Source of the DNA: an uncultured virus (IMG/VR IMGVR_UViG_2773857995_000001)
Taxonomy: Duplodnaviria; Heunggongvirae; Uroviricota; Caudoviricetes
IMG/VR virus record: IMGVR_UViG_2773857995_000001
Location: 1-64,000 of that record
Length of the DNA: 64,000 nt
Direction: 5' to 3' (one strand)
A program made the translations under genes and the position numbers. The notes beneath the pieces are model-generated. The model ran no database searches. It had not been told where the DNA came from and saw only the letters and a program-made list of their open reading frames with translations. Of the stretch, positions 9,636 through 18,601 are shown piece by piece; position 1 is the first letter of the stretch, and each line of letters opens with the position of its first letter.

Positions 9636-10649
9636 GTGCCGACATTGACGTTAAACGGCCGCCCGGTCGACGTCGACATACGTTATGAGCTCGAACAGTT
9701 CGAATGGTCGCGGCCGACCTGGACGGATGAGCGCTTGCTGGCCGCCAGCCCTTTCCGATATGACCGGACGCCGAGCTTTTACGTTTATCTCGAAGACACG
9801 GCGACCGCGAAGGCTGGATATTGGGGCGATAGCGGCTATTATGACGCAGAGTATGCGCGGGGTGGCTTCGTTAAGCTGCTCGCCTTCTTGCGAGAAGAAA
9901 CCGAGGAAGAAACGGTCGAATACCTGATCGATGCGTATGCGCCGGAATCAGAGGACGGTAAATTAACGCTCAGGCTTCCGAAGCTGAAGCTAGCCAAGAA
10001 TCGCGAACCGTTGAGCGAATCGATTCTCGACGGCGTGGCTGCGGGGCCTAACGATTATCTGAAACGGCGCGGGATTATGCCGGCTGTCCAACGTTTAATG
10101 GGCGTCGGTATGGCTGGTAGTGCGGTTGCGCTACCCTGGCGGTTGCCGAACGGGCGGCTCGCTAACGTAAAGTACCGATCGACGTGGGGTAAGGCGTTCT
10201 GGTACGTCAAAGGCGGCTGGCCGATACGGGATCTCGTTTACGGAATGAACGTCGTGTATGACCGGCGCCTGACACGCGTTGTCTTATGCGAAGCGGAGAT
10301 CGATGCGCAATCGTGGATGACGGCGGGAGTGCCGGCGATCGGGACCGGAGGGTCTTCGTTCAACCAACGGAAGGCGGATATTATCGTCCAGTCCCCGATC
10401 GAACACGTAACCATCGTGACGGATAACGATAAGGCTGGCGAGAAGTTGCGGGCGGAGGTCGAGCGTTATTTATACGGGAAAGTCGGACTGGCACACGGAT
10501 ATATTACGGAGGGAAAGGATGCGAATGAACTTTTGATTGCGAAGGGGAGAGCGGAATTGAAGGCGGTGTATGAGCGTGCGGAGGACGTTAAGAGCTGGCG
10601 TCTTAAGTTACCTAAACGGGTAAGTTTTTCGTTGACGGGCGACACTTAA
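9636..10649 (+). CDS. DNA primase (TOPRIM)
   Basis: LCEAEIDA and TDNDKAG TOPRIM motifs; follows helicase. Confidence 0.88.
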   Translation: MPTLTLNGRPVDVDIRYELEQFEWSRPTWTDERLLAASPFRYDRTPSFYVYLEDTATAKAGYWGDSGYYDAEYARGGFVKLLAFLREETEEETVEYLIDAYAPESEDGKLTLRLPKLKLAKNREPLSESILDGVAAGPNDYLKRRGIMPAVQRLMGVGMAGSAVALPWRLPNGRLANVKYRSTWGKAFWYVKGGWPIRDLVYGMNVVYDRRLTRVVLCEAEIDAQSWMTAGVPAIGTGGSSFNQRKADIIVQSPIEHVTIVTDNDKAGEKLRAEVERYLYGKVGLAHGYITEGKDANELLIAKGRAELKAVYERAEDVKSWRLKLPKRVSFSLTGDT

Positions 10650-10672
10650 TCCCGTCAACGACCGACTACCGG

Positions 10673-10708
10673 TTATTCTTCGACGTCCCATTCGTATAGG
10701 TTGTCCAT
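10673..10708 (-). pseudogene. Possible 3' remnant of an XRE-family gene (MDNLYEWDVEE*)
   Basis: Resembles the ...DDLYEW tail of Bacillus phage XRE proteins; no usable SD. Confidence 0.4.
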
Positions 10709-10742
10709 ACCTTCTTAAAAAGAATGTATATTCTGTTTTTTA

Positions 10743-11174
10743 TTATTTTTTTTCGATTAGGTAAGATAAAATTAACTTCTCAGGGATTCCGTATTGTTCA
10801 ATTGCTTCCTTTACGGTGACGCAACTATTAACGGATGAGAACAACAAATTAATTGCGAAAAAATTAGCTTCCAACTCGATTCGATCTGTTGAAAATAGAG
10901 TCTGCCTTTTTAAAAAAGGAGTGTTTGCGTCTGGATGAAAGATCGCATGACCTAATTCATGAGCGCAAGTAAACTCCTTACTTAGTTCATTGGCATTCTG
11001 ATTAATGTGAATGATCTTAACTCTAAAATGCTTACTGTAATACCCTAAGGCTTTTCCTAAGTCTTCATATACCACTTCAATTCCTAACTCTTTTGCAATT
11101 TTAAATGGATTGTTTGTTTCAAATTTCTTTGTTATTAATTTAATCTTTTTAGTAATTGACTCCACAAAAGGCAC
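10743..11174 (-). CDS. immA: ImmA/IrrE-family metalloprotease (anti-repressor)
   Basis: CAHELGH motif; ELEANFFA; directly downstream of XRE repressor. Confidence 0.9.
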   Translation of the reverse strand: MPFVESITKKIKLITKKFETNNPFKIAKELGIEVVYEDLGKALGYYSKHFRVKIIHINQNANELSKEFTCAHELGHAIFHPDANTPFLKRQTLFSTDRIELEANFFAINLLFSSVNSCVTVKEAIEQYGIPEKLILSYLIEKK

Positions 11175-11603
11175 CTACTTACGATATTTTTTAGGAGTGA
11201 ATTTTTGTTTTGAAATTCTTTTGGCAAGACGTAGGGAGTTTTCCAAGCTTGCAATTAACAGCTCTCTATCTTCGTCGTCCATATCGTCAAGAGTTTGGCC
11301 GTCAAATGCAGCATATCCGTTCTTGCCTTCTAACCCTTCTATAATTTTTTGTAGCTCTTTCTGTATATCTCTTTCATCTTTAGCAGTAAGTTCAGGCTCA
11401 AAGTTTTCTTTTTCTGTTCTGCCGAGAAGGTAATCAACTGAGACGTTAAAATAATCAGCTACTTTCTGTAGCTTATCAACTGCGGGTTTTTGGGTTTTCC
11501 ATTTATATAATGAATTCACCCCCATATCTACGCGTTTAGCTAACTCAGTTAATGATATTTTACGATCATCAGCAAGTTTTTTAACTCTGTCGAACGTTGT
11601 CAA
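11175..11603 (-). CDS. XRE-family immunity repressor (ImmR-like)
   Basis: HTH ending VADYFNVSVDYLLGR; C-terminal KKFTPKKYRK; TTG start after GGGTGA. Confidence 0.9.
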   Translation of the reverse strand: MTTFDRVKKLADDRKISLTELAKRVDMGVNSLYKWKTQKPAVDKLQKVADYFNVSVDYLLGRTEKENFEPELTAKDERDIQKELQKIIEGLEGKNGYAAFDGQTLDDMDDEDRELLIASLENSLRLAKRISKQKFTPKKYRK

Positions 11604-11633
11604 ATTAATCACCCTTAATAAGCTCAGGGACTT

Positions 11634-11816
11634 TTTTATCCAAATAGATAAAAGTGTGTTGACATTTATCTGAATGGATAATATACTATGTCCATAAGCT
11701 ACTTATTCAGCTTTTTAGGCACTACAAAATAAAAGCCGCAGATCACGTCCCCAAACGTAAAGGCTATAATTGTAGGCTTGTTTAGCTATGGTTTTATTTT
11801 ATCCGGTTGGATAGAA
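11634..11816. promoter_or_regulatory. Three palindromic operators T(T/A)TATC-like: TTATC-N6-GATA
   Basis: TTTTATCCAAATAGATAAAA (11634), TTTATCTGAATGGATAA (11665), TTTTATCCGGTTGGATAGAA (11797). Confidence 0.75.
11659..11687 (+). promoter_or_regulatory. SigA promoter (rightward, lytic)
   Basis: TTGACA-17-TATACT with an operator in the spacer. Confidence 0.85.
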
Positions 11817-11824
11817 ATTGTCAA
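11796..11824 (-). promoter_or_regulatory. SigA promoter (leftward, repressor)
   Basis: TTGACA-17-TAAAAT on minus strand with an operator in the spacer. Confidence 0.75.
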
Positions 11825-11880
11825 TAAAAAGCTGAATATTTAGCAAAAAATAAAGATAAGAAAAAAAAATAAGATGACAA

Positions 11881-11918
11881 TGTTGCAAATTCTATTAGTG
11901 TGATGGGGTTATAAAGTG
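11881..11918 (+). promoter_or_regulatory. Candidate phage-specific promoter TGTTGCAAA-N14-TGGGGTT (copy 2)
   Basis: Matches 310-339 in sequence and spacing. Confidence 0.6.
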
Positions 11919-11943
11919 TAAGCATAAAGGGGGAGAAATTTCA

Positions 11944-12471
11944 GTGAATACAAAAAAATTTAATAGGCTGCGACGAGCCGCTGAAAATGGTGCAATTCCG
12001 TATGTCGAATGGGAGTCTGGGAGGATCGCTCATCTCATTCGCGATATGACCGCATTTGAGCAACGGTGTTATGAAAAAATCGGGAAGGCACTAGAAATAT
12101 TCAGTGATAATGATCGAGATAAAAGAGCTCTCATACAAAGGATAATAAAACAAGAAAGAGCTTACTTCCTCAAAAATCATAATTTGAGAAACGATGTTGC
12201 TATCGAATCTGTTAACGAAGAAGAAACCGTTTGGGAGCCTGTAGACGTTTCGGCGAATGTCGTAGGCGAGGTTTTATTAAAAGAAAAGATCGCCCTGTTG
12301 GCGCAGGGCGATCCACGAAAAAAAACGATATTGGCAATTTGGAGCCGAGGATGTACAAACGATTCGGAAATTTCATCACTTTTGGCGAAGCGATTTGGAG
12401 GAAATCCCGAGTCTCACCGAATCTTCATCCAACGATTCCGATCACGCTGCCAATCCCAATTAACAGCGTAA
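11944..12471 (+). CDS. Putative atypical sigma factor/transcription activator
   Basis: First gene after the immunity switch; ECF-like size; C-terminal region-4-like HTH (TNDSEISSLLAKRFGG..ESHRIFIQRFR). Confidence 0.55.
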   Translation: MNTKKFNRLRRAAENGAIPYVEWESGRIAHLIRDMTAFEQRCYEKIGKALEIFSDNDRDKRALIQRIIKQERAYFLKNHNLRNDVAIESVNEEETVWEPVDVSANVVGEVLLKEKIALLAQGDPRKKTILAIWSRGCTNDSEISSLLAKRFGGNPESHRIFIQRFRSRCQSQLTA

Positions 12472-12613
12472 TTTTCTATACGTAACTAGCCCGGAAGGCA
12501 CTCGTTACACCATTATCATATCTAATCTGTTGGCAAAAGACAAGCGAACAGTATACGAACACACCTTCCGAACTAGTGCGGTTTCACCTAAATATTATGG
12601 AGGCGAACGTACT

Positions 12614-12766
12614 ATGAACATTCCCAAATTTATCGATTTTCAAACGTATCCAGCGCTAGATCAGCGCAAACTTACCGAAATTTTATATCAAGGCGCATGG
12701 CCGGTCGATGAAGATCCGGCGGACTACTACCGTCCACTTTCGATCCAGGTGGTGCGCGTCGGATGA
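12614..12766 (+). CDS. Small hypothetical protein
   Basis: GGAGG SD before ATG 12614. Confidence 0.55.
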   Translation: MNIPKFIDFQTYPALDQRKLTEILYQGAWPVDEDPADYYRPLSIQVVRVG

Positions 12767-13287
12767 AAGTAACGCTATCCCACCACGCAAAGAAACGAAT
12801 TACTAAACGATTTAAGATCGGCAACCAAACGCCGGAAGCATGGGCGTCGCAGATGTTATCTAATGCGATTTACTGCGGCATCGGTCCGGACAACAACGGA
12901 AATGATGCTCGGATGTATTCCCATCGTGGAGCAACGTTCATGCTTGCGGTAGATGCAGACGTTGTTAAAACCGTAATCCCACCGAATAAAGGATGCATCA
13001 ATCGAATTCGGCGTAAAGTGACGAATTTCATTACGGAAGAAATTACGAAAATGTCGCAACAAATTACGGAAGAGGTGGCTAGGATCGATAAGTTTCGCGA
13101 TGAACTCGAAGAAGAAATCGCACATTTAGAAGCCCGACTATCTCGCGCCCGGTCACTATCGACTAAATTGGCGCTACAAGCACGGATTAATGCGGTGCGT
13201 ATGCGTATGGACGAATTACCGACGGAATCGCACGAATTAAGACGCGAACTGACGCGTACAGCGAGAGGAGTCGCCGCCTATGTCTAA
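12763..13287 (+). CDS. Hypothetical protein (SHHAKKR N-terminus plus coiled coil)
   Basis: ORF; ATGA overlap. Confidence 0.65.
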   Translation: MKVTLSHHAKKRITKRFKIGNQTPEAWASQMLSNAIYCGIGPDNNGNDARMYSHRGATFMLAVDADVVKTVIPPNKGCINRIRRKVTNFITEEITKMSQQITEEVARIDKFRDELEEEIAHLEARLSRARSLSTKLALQARINAVRMRMDELPTESHELRRELTRTARGVAAYV

Positions 13288-13375
13288 CGCATGGTTAATC
13301 GAAATTGTTGGCGTCATTGCAGCGCTTGTAATTGGCGGACTTATTTACGAAGTTAATCGCGAAGAGAGCGAATGA
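13280..13375 (+). CDS. Small membrane peptide (31 aa)
   Basis: GAGGAG SD; one hydrophobic helix. Confidence 0.5.
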   Translation: MSNAWLIEIVGVIAALVIGGLIYEVNREESE

Positions 13376-13508
13376 GGGCGGCGAGTGTGCGGCCCAGCGC
13401 TCGGAGAATGTCGGGGTGTCCGTTAAGTAAGAGAGTCGCGTCGCTACTGCTTCGCGCTGGCGGCGTTTCGGGCGCAGATACCGGCATTTTGCGAGGGCGA
13501 AAAGCCTC
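13374..13508 (+). ncRNA. Structured 5' leader of the putative SSB gene
   Basis: Nested stems CGCTCG/CGAGGGCG, GAGAATGTCGG/CCGGCATTTT, GTGTCCG/CGGGCGC with G-U pairs. Confidence 0.5.
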
Positions 13509-13534
13509 AAAATTAAAACGTAGGGGGAAATCGA

Positions 13535-14314
13535 ATGAGTCAATTTCAAAAAGGCGCGGCGGCGCTCAACGCTTTAAACTCAACGAACGAAGGCGGAAGC
13601 GGAAACGGGATGGAATTTACGAGTTTTAAATCAGGCTCATCCTTTAAGGTTCGCGTACTCGGTACCGAAGACCTTATTCGTTTCTATAGCTACGGTATCT
13701 ACAAGAAAGTGAACTCGTTCGTTGCGCAGAATCCTAGCAAAATGAACGATAAAGGCTTTCCGGTTGCGGATTACACACCGTGGGATCTCGCTTGGAAGTA
13801 TTATCAGGATTTAAAGAGGGCGGCTGCGGATAAGGGCGACTCAAAAGCGGAAGAGAAGTACAAGGAAGAAGCCGCAAAGTATCGCGTCAAAGAACGTTAT
13901 GCTCTCGGATTCATCGACTTAGAAACCGGAAGTCCAATCATCATCGACCTTTCGAAAAAGCAAGCGCAGGCCGTTTACGCAGTTATCACGAAGTTCGAAA
14001 AGAAACTCGGAAAGGTTGCGTTTGAGCTTTCGAAAACAGGTTCCGGAACATCAACGACGGTCAGCCTTACGCCATTTATCGATATGGAGGAAGACCTGAC
14101 GGATAAGGAACGCGAGAACTTCAATAAATACGACGGCAAAGAATTCGATATGTCTTTGTTCGACGGACTCCTTTTCGAGGCTGACGAGAAGACGCAGATC
14201 GAAAACCTAGTCGCAGCAGGATTCGATATCAGCCTGATAGGAAAAAGCCTCGGTGCCGGATCGACTAACGAAAAAGATAGCGAAGAAATCGACGAAGAAA
14301 CTTTACCGTTTTAA
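13535..14314 (+). CDS. Putative phage single-stranded DNA-binding protein
   Basis: Acidic C-terminus EEIDEETLPF; KTGSGTSTTVSLTP motif; upstream of polA. Confidence 0.65.
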   Translation: MSQFQKGAAALNALNSTNEGGSGNGMEFTSFKSGSSFKVRVLGTEDLIRFYSYGIYKKVNSFVAQNPSKMNDKGFPVADYTPWDLAWKYYQDLKRAAADKGDSKAEEKYKEEAAKYRVKERYALGFIDLETGSPIIIDLSKKQAQAVYAVITKFEKKLGKVAFELSKTGSGTSTTVSLTPFIDMEEDLTDKERENFNKYDGKEFDMSLFDGLLFEADEKTQIENLVAAGFDISLIGKSLGAGSTNEKDSEEIDEETLPF

Positions 14315-14336
14315 TAAAACGAAGGAGGACGATTGA

Positions 14337-14492
14337 ATGTATCAATCTCGAATTGTTCTCGCGATAATATTTTTCGTTTTAGCAGGCGTACGAATCATCT
14401 CGGGTGATTTGGTTTTAGGAATTACTCAGGTAACATGTGGCGTTCTGCTTTTAGAAACGGCGAGACTAAACAAGTTATTGGAGGCGAAGTGA
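14337..14492 (+). CDS. Small membrane protein (51 aa)
   Basis: AAGGAGG SD; hydrophobic. Confidence 0.55.
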   Translation: MYQSRIVLAIIFFVLAGVRIISGDLVLGITQVTCGVLLLETARLNKLLEAK

Positions 14493-14923
14493 TGGCGTAT
14501 CAAACCGAAATTATCGGCAAATATTCCGAACTGATCGCCCGCGCAGCTTTAATGGCGAGCGGGTGGCAGGCGGTATCAACAGCGGAGACAGAAGAACCGT
14601 TCGATATCAGCGCAAGAGATCCGGGCACTGGCGAATGGAAGACGTTTCAGGTTAAGACGATTCGTGATCGCCGGGAAAAACGCGGCTACCTAACGGTGGA
14701 GGGGCGCAAAGGCGACGGCCAGCCATATACGCCTGAAGACGTCGACTTCTTCATCGGCGTGCTGATCGGTGAGGGCGAATTCCCTCGCGTTTGGATGTTC
14801 GATAATCGCGGCATTACCGACTATTGGGGGCCGTCGGATCGGGAAGGCAAGCGCTGGGTCGAAATGGATCTGAATTTCATGCGGGAAGATTTTGCGGAAA
14901 ATAACGAAGCGGAGGCGGTATGA
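14492..14923 (+). CDS. PD-(D/E)XK endonuclease-like protein
   Basis: SE...PFD...FQVKT motif; YTPEDVDFF. Confidence 0.7.
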   Translation: MAYQTEIIGKYSELIARAALMASGWQAVSTAETEEPFDISARDPGTGEWKTFQVKTIRDRREKRGYLTVEGRKGDGQPYTPEDVDFFIGVLIGEGEFPRVWMFDNRGITDYWGPSDREGKRWVEMDLNFMREDFAENNEAEAV

Positions 14924-15978
14924 TGGCGAAACTTACAGGCGTTAAGACTCTCGATATGGTAAACGGCGAAATTACGAAGGTTGCGTATAACGGTGCGGAA
15001 TATGTGAAGACGGATAGTCCCGTTCAGAAAGGCGATCTATTCTTATTAACGGAAGGACACGGTGTGATCGGCGGCGATACCGGAGCGTATTACCTAACCG
15101 ATAGGGATTGGGACGGAGATATCGTTATACCTACGAAATATGTAGGACTCGCTACAACCGTACAAAAGAAAGGGTACGGTATCGCTTTCCGCAAAGTCTC
15201 CGAAATCCAACCGTCATTAGAAGATCGCGTCAGCACGAACGAAAAGGATATCGCGGCATTAAAATCCGATGTTGCTGCGCTAAAAGGCGAAGCTGAACCG
15301 AAGTACGTGCGGATTGCTATAGGCGAGGCGAAGGCGGGCGATTTCGTTAAGTTTGACGAAGCTCCAAACGAATATCTAACCGCAGGGAAGTTTTACGGAA
15401 TTTATCGCGTGGATGATTGCGGAGATCCGCGCATCCATGATGACGAAGGAGACGATTTTGATACCTACGGAGAAGCATTCGAAGTCTACCGCAAAGTCAG
15501 TGCCGCAAGCGTAGAGGCCGAGCCGAAGCCTGAACGGTTGAAAGTCGGTGATTATGCGAAGGTTGATTACACCTTCAACAGTCAGTCTAAACGCGGTGAT
15601 ATCGTAAAAATTACCGAGGACGATAATTCGATAATTCCGTTCCTAACCGAACATTTAAACGGAGATAATGCAGGTTGGTTTGCCGAAGACCCACTCGTCC
15701 GCGCGACTGACGAAGAAGTTGCCGAAGCAAAACGAAAGCAGGCCGAAGAGGAAGAGCGTAAGAGATGGGCCGCAATCGGACGTGAGGTTGGCGAGTACAA
15801 GGTCGGTGATATTGTTCAGTATTTATATGATCGGGAAATTTGCGAGGTTGTGGATGTCAACGAGGACGGTCGCGTAGAAGTCGCTACTCAGAACCACGGA
15901 ATCTGCGTAGAAAATCAGTCAAGCATCGAGCTAGTCGCGCCAGTCGAAGCGCGTTTCGACCGAAAGGACGCCGAGTAA
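14920..15978 (+). CDS. Phage protein with repeated small beta (KVGD) domains
   Basis: ORF; repeats AKAGDFV, LKVGDYA, YKVGDIV. Confidence 0.7.
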   Translation: MMAKLTGVKTLDMVNGEITKVAYNGAEYVKTDSPVQKGDLFLLTEGHGVIGGDTGAYYLTDRDWDGDIVIPTKYVGLATTVQKKGYGIAFRKVSEIQPSLEDRVSTNEKDIAALKSDVAALKGEAEPKYVRIAIGEAKAGDFVKFDEAPNEYLTAGKFYGIYRVDDCGDPRIHDDEGDDFDTYGEAFEVYRKVSAASVEAEPKPERLKVGDYAKVDYTFNSQSKRGDIVKITEDDNSIIPFLTEHLNGDNAGWFAEDPLVRATDEEVAEAKRKQAEEEERKRWAAIGREVGEYKVGDIVQYLYDREICEVVDVNEDGRVEVATQNHGICVENQSSIELVAPVEARFDRKDAE

Positions 15979-16158
15979 GTGTCCGCAAAACCTGCCGCCA
16001 TCTGCGCCGCATGTAACCGGGTATTGAACGAAGGGCGATCCGCAACATATGACTCGCTCTTCGACCGGTACTTTTGCGACGACGCTTGCTGGTCGGATTG
16101 GTACGCGGATAATGAGGCGGAATACAGACGGAAATGGACGGAGGAGGTCGATTTATGA
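15979..16158 (+). CDS. Small zinc-finger (TRASH-like) protein
   Basis: CAAC...YFCDDAC; GTG start. Confidence 0.55.
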   Translation: MSAKPAAICAACNRVLNEGRSATYDSLFDRYFCDDACWSDWYADNEAEYRRKWTEEVDL

Positions 16159-16307
16159 GCAGGTCGGATAGGGCATTCGCTTATGTCTTCGGTATATATA
16201 ATTCTGCATTGTCCGTAATCGCTATATACAATTCGGAATGGCTATTCGCTGGATTATACGTATCTATGGCATTATTTTTCGGTGCCATAAATTTTATCTC
16301 GGAGTAG
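16155..16307 (+). CDS. Small membrane protein (50 aa)
   Basis: GGAGG SD; ATGA overlap. Confidence 0.5.
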   Translation: MSRSDRAFAYVFGIYNSALSVIAIYNSEWLFAGLYVSMALFFGAINFISE

Positions 16308-16340
16308 TCCGAATCTATCACGCGAGAAAGGAGGATGCGA

Positions 16341-18587
16341 ATGGAACTCGGCAATCTACGGTTGAATCTTAGCGCTTTGACGCCGAAAAATGACGAAGTT
16401 AAAAACGAAAAAGTTGCCGAAACAGCTAAGCGGAGGCAAAAGGCGAAAACGGCGGAACCGATCGAGGAGAGTTGGCGCCGGATATTCGCGAGCAAGCTAT
16501 CGGAGACTGACCGCCAACGATTAAACGAAGTCAAGGCGGAAATGGACGCGGGCAAGCTCGCCAGGAATCCGTCTGACTGCGTGAACAAGGCCGGAAATCC
16601 GAAAGCGTTCAGCAAAGCGGAAGCGATGCGGCTATGGAAGACGCTACAGGAACAGCGGCGCGAAGAAACCTTGCGGAAGATGGTCGAGAATACGCCGGAA
16701 AACTACTGGCTGATTACAGACGAAGCGCAGCTCAACGATTTCCTTGCGTTACTTGCTGACGAAGAAGAGATCGTATTCGACGTCGAGACGACGGGCACAG
16801 ACGTATGGAACGACTACATTGTCGGCCATGTATTGACGGCTATTAAAGCGGACATCCACGCGTATATCCCGACGAAGCATAAGACGGACCATCCGCAATT
16901 AGATAACGGCTTTGTCGTCGAAAAGCTGCGGCCGTTTTACGAAGATGAATCGATCGGAAAGCTCGCCCATAACGCAAAGTTCGATATTCACATGCTGGAC
17001 CGCGAAGGAATCACATTGCGGGGCCTTACGTGGGACACACAGGAAGCGATGCGGCTGCTTAACGAAAATGAACCGTCCTTTGCGCTGAAGAACCTCGTCA
17101 CGAAATATCTACGGATTAAATCGGACACATACGAAGACTTATTCGGAAAGATCGGATTCGATGAAGTGAGTGATCTAAGAATTGCGCTTGCTTATGCGGC
17201 AAAAGACGGTGATGTGACGAGGAAGCTCCGCGATTTCCAACGCGAACACCTGAAGAAGTTTCCGGATATCCTTCGCTACTATGAGACGGTAGAAGTTCCG
17301 TTAATCACCGTCGTACAGAAGCTCGAGTCAACCGGATTCGACATCGACCTAGATTTCGCGGAGGAATACGGTAAGGAGATCAAATCGGAAATCGATCGTT
17401 TGTATGCGGAGATTATCGACGAGTTGGGCGACATCAACATTAACTCGCCGGCGCAATTAAAGCCAGCGTTAGAAGAAGCGACCGGAGAAAAACTCGACTC
17501 AACCGACGCAAAGAAAGTTCTGAAACCTCTCGCTAGCAAACATCCGATCATTAAGAAGCTGCTCGAGTATAAGGAGAAGTTCAAACTGTACTCAACGTAC
17601 ATCAACGCTTTGCCGGAATTAATCGACAAGAGGACCGGCAAACTCTACACGAATTTCAATCAGAACGGTGCAAAGACCGGTCGGTTCTCATCAGGTGGAA
17701 CAGGCGTAAACCTACAGAACCAACCGAAAGAAGCCCGGAAGATGTTCGTAGCTCCTAAAGGATACGCGATATTAGGCGGAGACTGGAGTCAGCAAGAATA
17801 CCGATGCCTGGCGTACTTCTCGCAAGATCCGAAGCTAGTCGATAACTACTTGCAAGGTAACGATTTGTACGCGTCAATCGCTTCGGAGGTTTTCAATAAG
17901 CCGATCGAAGAATGCGGCGATGGATCAGTATACCGGAAACAGGCGAAGGTCATCATGCTTGCGGTTGCTTACGGGGGTGGCGCGAACATGCTCAAGGACG
18001 CTATCGGAATATCGAAGAAAGAGGCGCAGAAGTTCCTCGACAACTTCTTCGAAAGGTTTCCGGTGGTCAAAAAGTGGGTCGAATCGAATCAAGCCTTCGT
18101 TAAGAAGCACGGATATGTTTGGATGGATCGCGGCCAACGTAAGAGACGTCTGCCTGACGCGAAGGACCGTAACGCTAAAGGCCACTACTCGGCGGTTTAT
18201 ACGCAGTCAACAAACGCAAGAGTTCAGGGGTCAGCAGCGATCCAGACCAAAGCGACGATGATTGCGCTGCAAGAGTTATGTGACAGGAAAACGGCTGAAG
18301 GACGCGGAGAATGGCGGATATGGTGCGTGGTGCATGATGAAGCGCTGCTTTTAGTTCCGGACACCATCACGCGAGAAGACGTGAAAGACTTCGAGGATGT
18401 CATGCTGAACACGTACGTTTTCGGAAACATTCCGAACAAGACTGATATCGAGATCTGCCGCAGATGGGGAAACGGAATGAAAATCGACGAGTTCTTCACC
18501 GGAAAAGTATTGCGTGAAGAATACGGAAAAGAGTCGGATTATACACGCCAATTACAAGTTGTCAGTGAAGGCTGGCAAGGAAGCTGA
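16341..18587 (+). CDS. polA: Family A DNA polymerase with 3'-5' exonuclease
   Basis: DVETTG; HNAKFD; YAAKD; TGRFSS..NLQNQP; DWSQQEYR; RKQAKVIMLAVAYG; VHDE. Confidence 0.95.
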   Translation: MELGNLRLNLSALTPKNDEVKNEKVAETAKRRQKAKTAEPIEESWRRIFASKLSETDRQRLNEVKAEMDAGKLARNPSDCVNKAGNPKAFSKAEAMRLWKTLQEQRREETLRKMVENTPENYWLITDEAQLNDFLALLADEEEIVFDVETTGTDVWNDYIVGHVLTAIKADIHAYIPTKHKTDHPQLDNGFVVEKLRPFYEDESIGKLAHNAKFDIHMLDREGITLRGLTWDTQEAMRLLNENEPSFALKNLVTKYLRIKSDTYEDLFGKIGFDEVSDLRIALAYAAKDGDVTRKLRDFQREHLKKFPDILRYYETVEVPLITVVQKLESTGFDIDLDFAEEYGKEIKSEIDRLYAEIIDELGDININSPAQLKPALEEATGEKLDSTDAKKVLKPLASKHPIIKKLLEYKEKFKLYSTYINALPELIDKRTGKLYTNFNQNGAKTGRFSSGGTGVNLQNQPKEARKMFVAPKGYAILGGDWSQQEYRCLAYFSQDPKLVDNYLQGNDLYASIASEVFNKPIEECGDGSVYRKQAKVIMLAVAYGGGANMLKDAIGISKKEAQKFLDNFFERFPVVKKWVESNQAFVKKHGYVWMDRGQRKRRLPDAKDRNAKGHYSAVYTQSTNARVQGSAAIQTKATMIALQELCDRKTAEGRGEWRIWCVVHDEALLLVPDTITREDVKDFEDVMLNTYVFGNIPNKTDIEICRRWGNGMKIDEFFTGKVLREEYGKESDYTRQLQVVSEGWQGS

Positions 18588-18601
18588 AAGGGGACGATTA
18601 A

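Noticed and set aside
10629..10661. Intrinsic terminator (perfect 11-bp stem TCGTTGACGGG/CCCGTCAACGA)
   Set aside because: The hairpin is real but has no U-tract on either strand, so function is left unassigned.
12544..12570. LexA/DinR boxes (CGAAC repeats here; also ~10721 and ~39001)
   Set aside because: None matches CGAAC-N4-GTTCG well enough to call.
13372..13629. 85-aa ORF upstream of and overlapping the SSB gene
   Set aside because: Arg/Gly/Ser-rich shadow ORF that overlaps the SSB gene out of frame.
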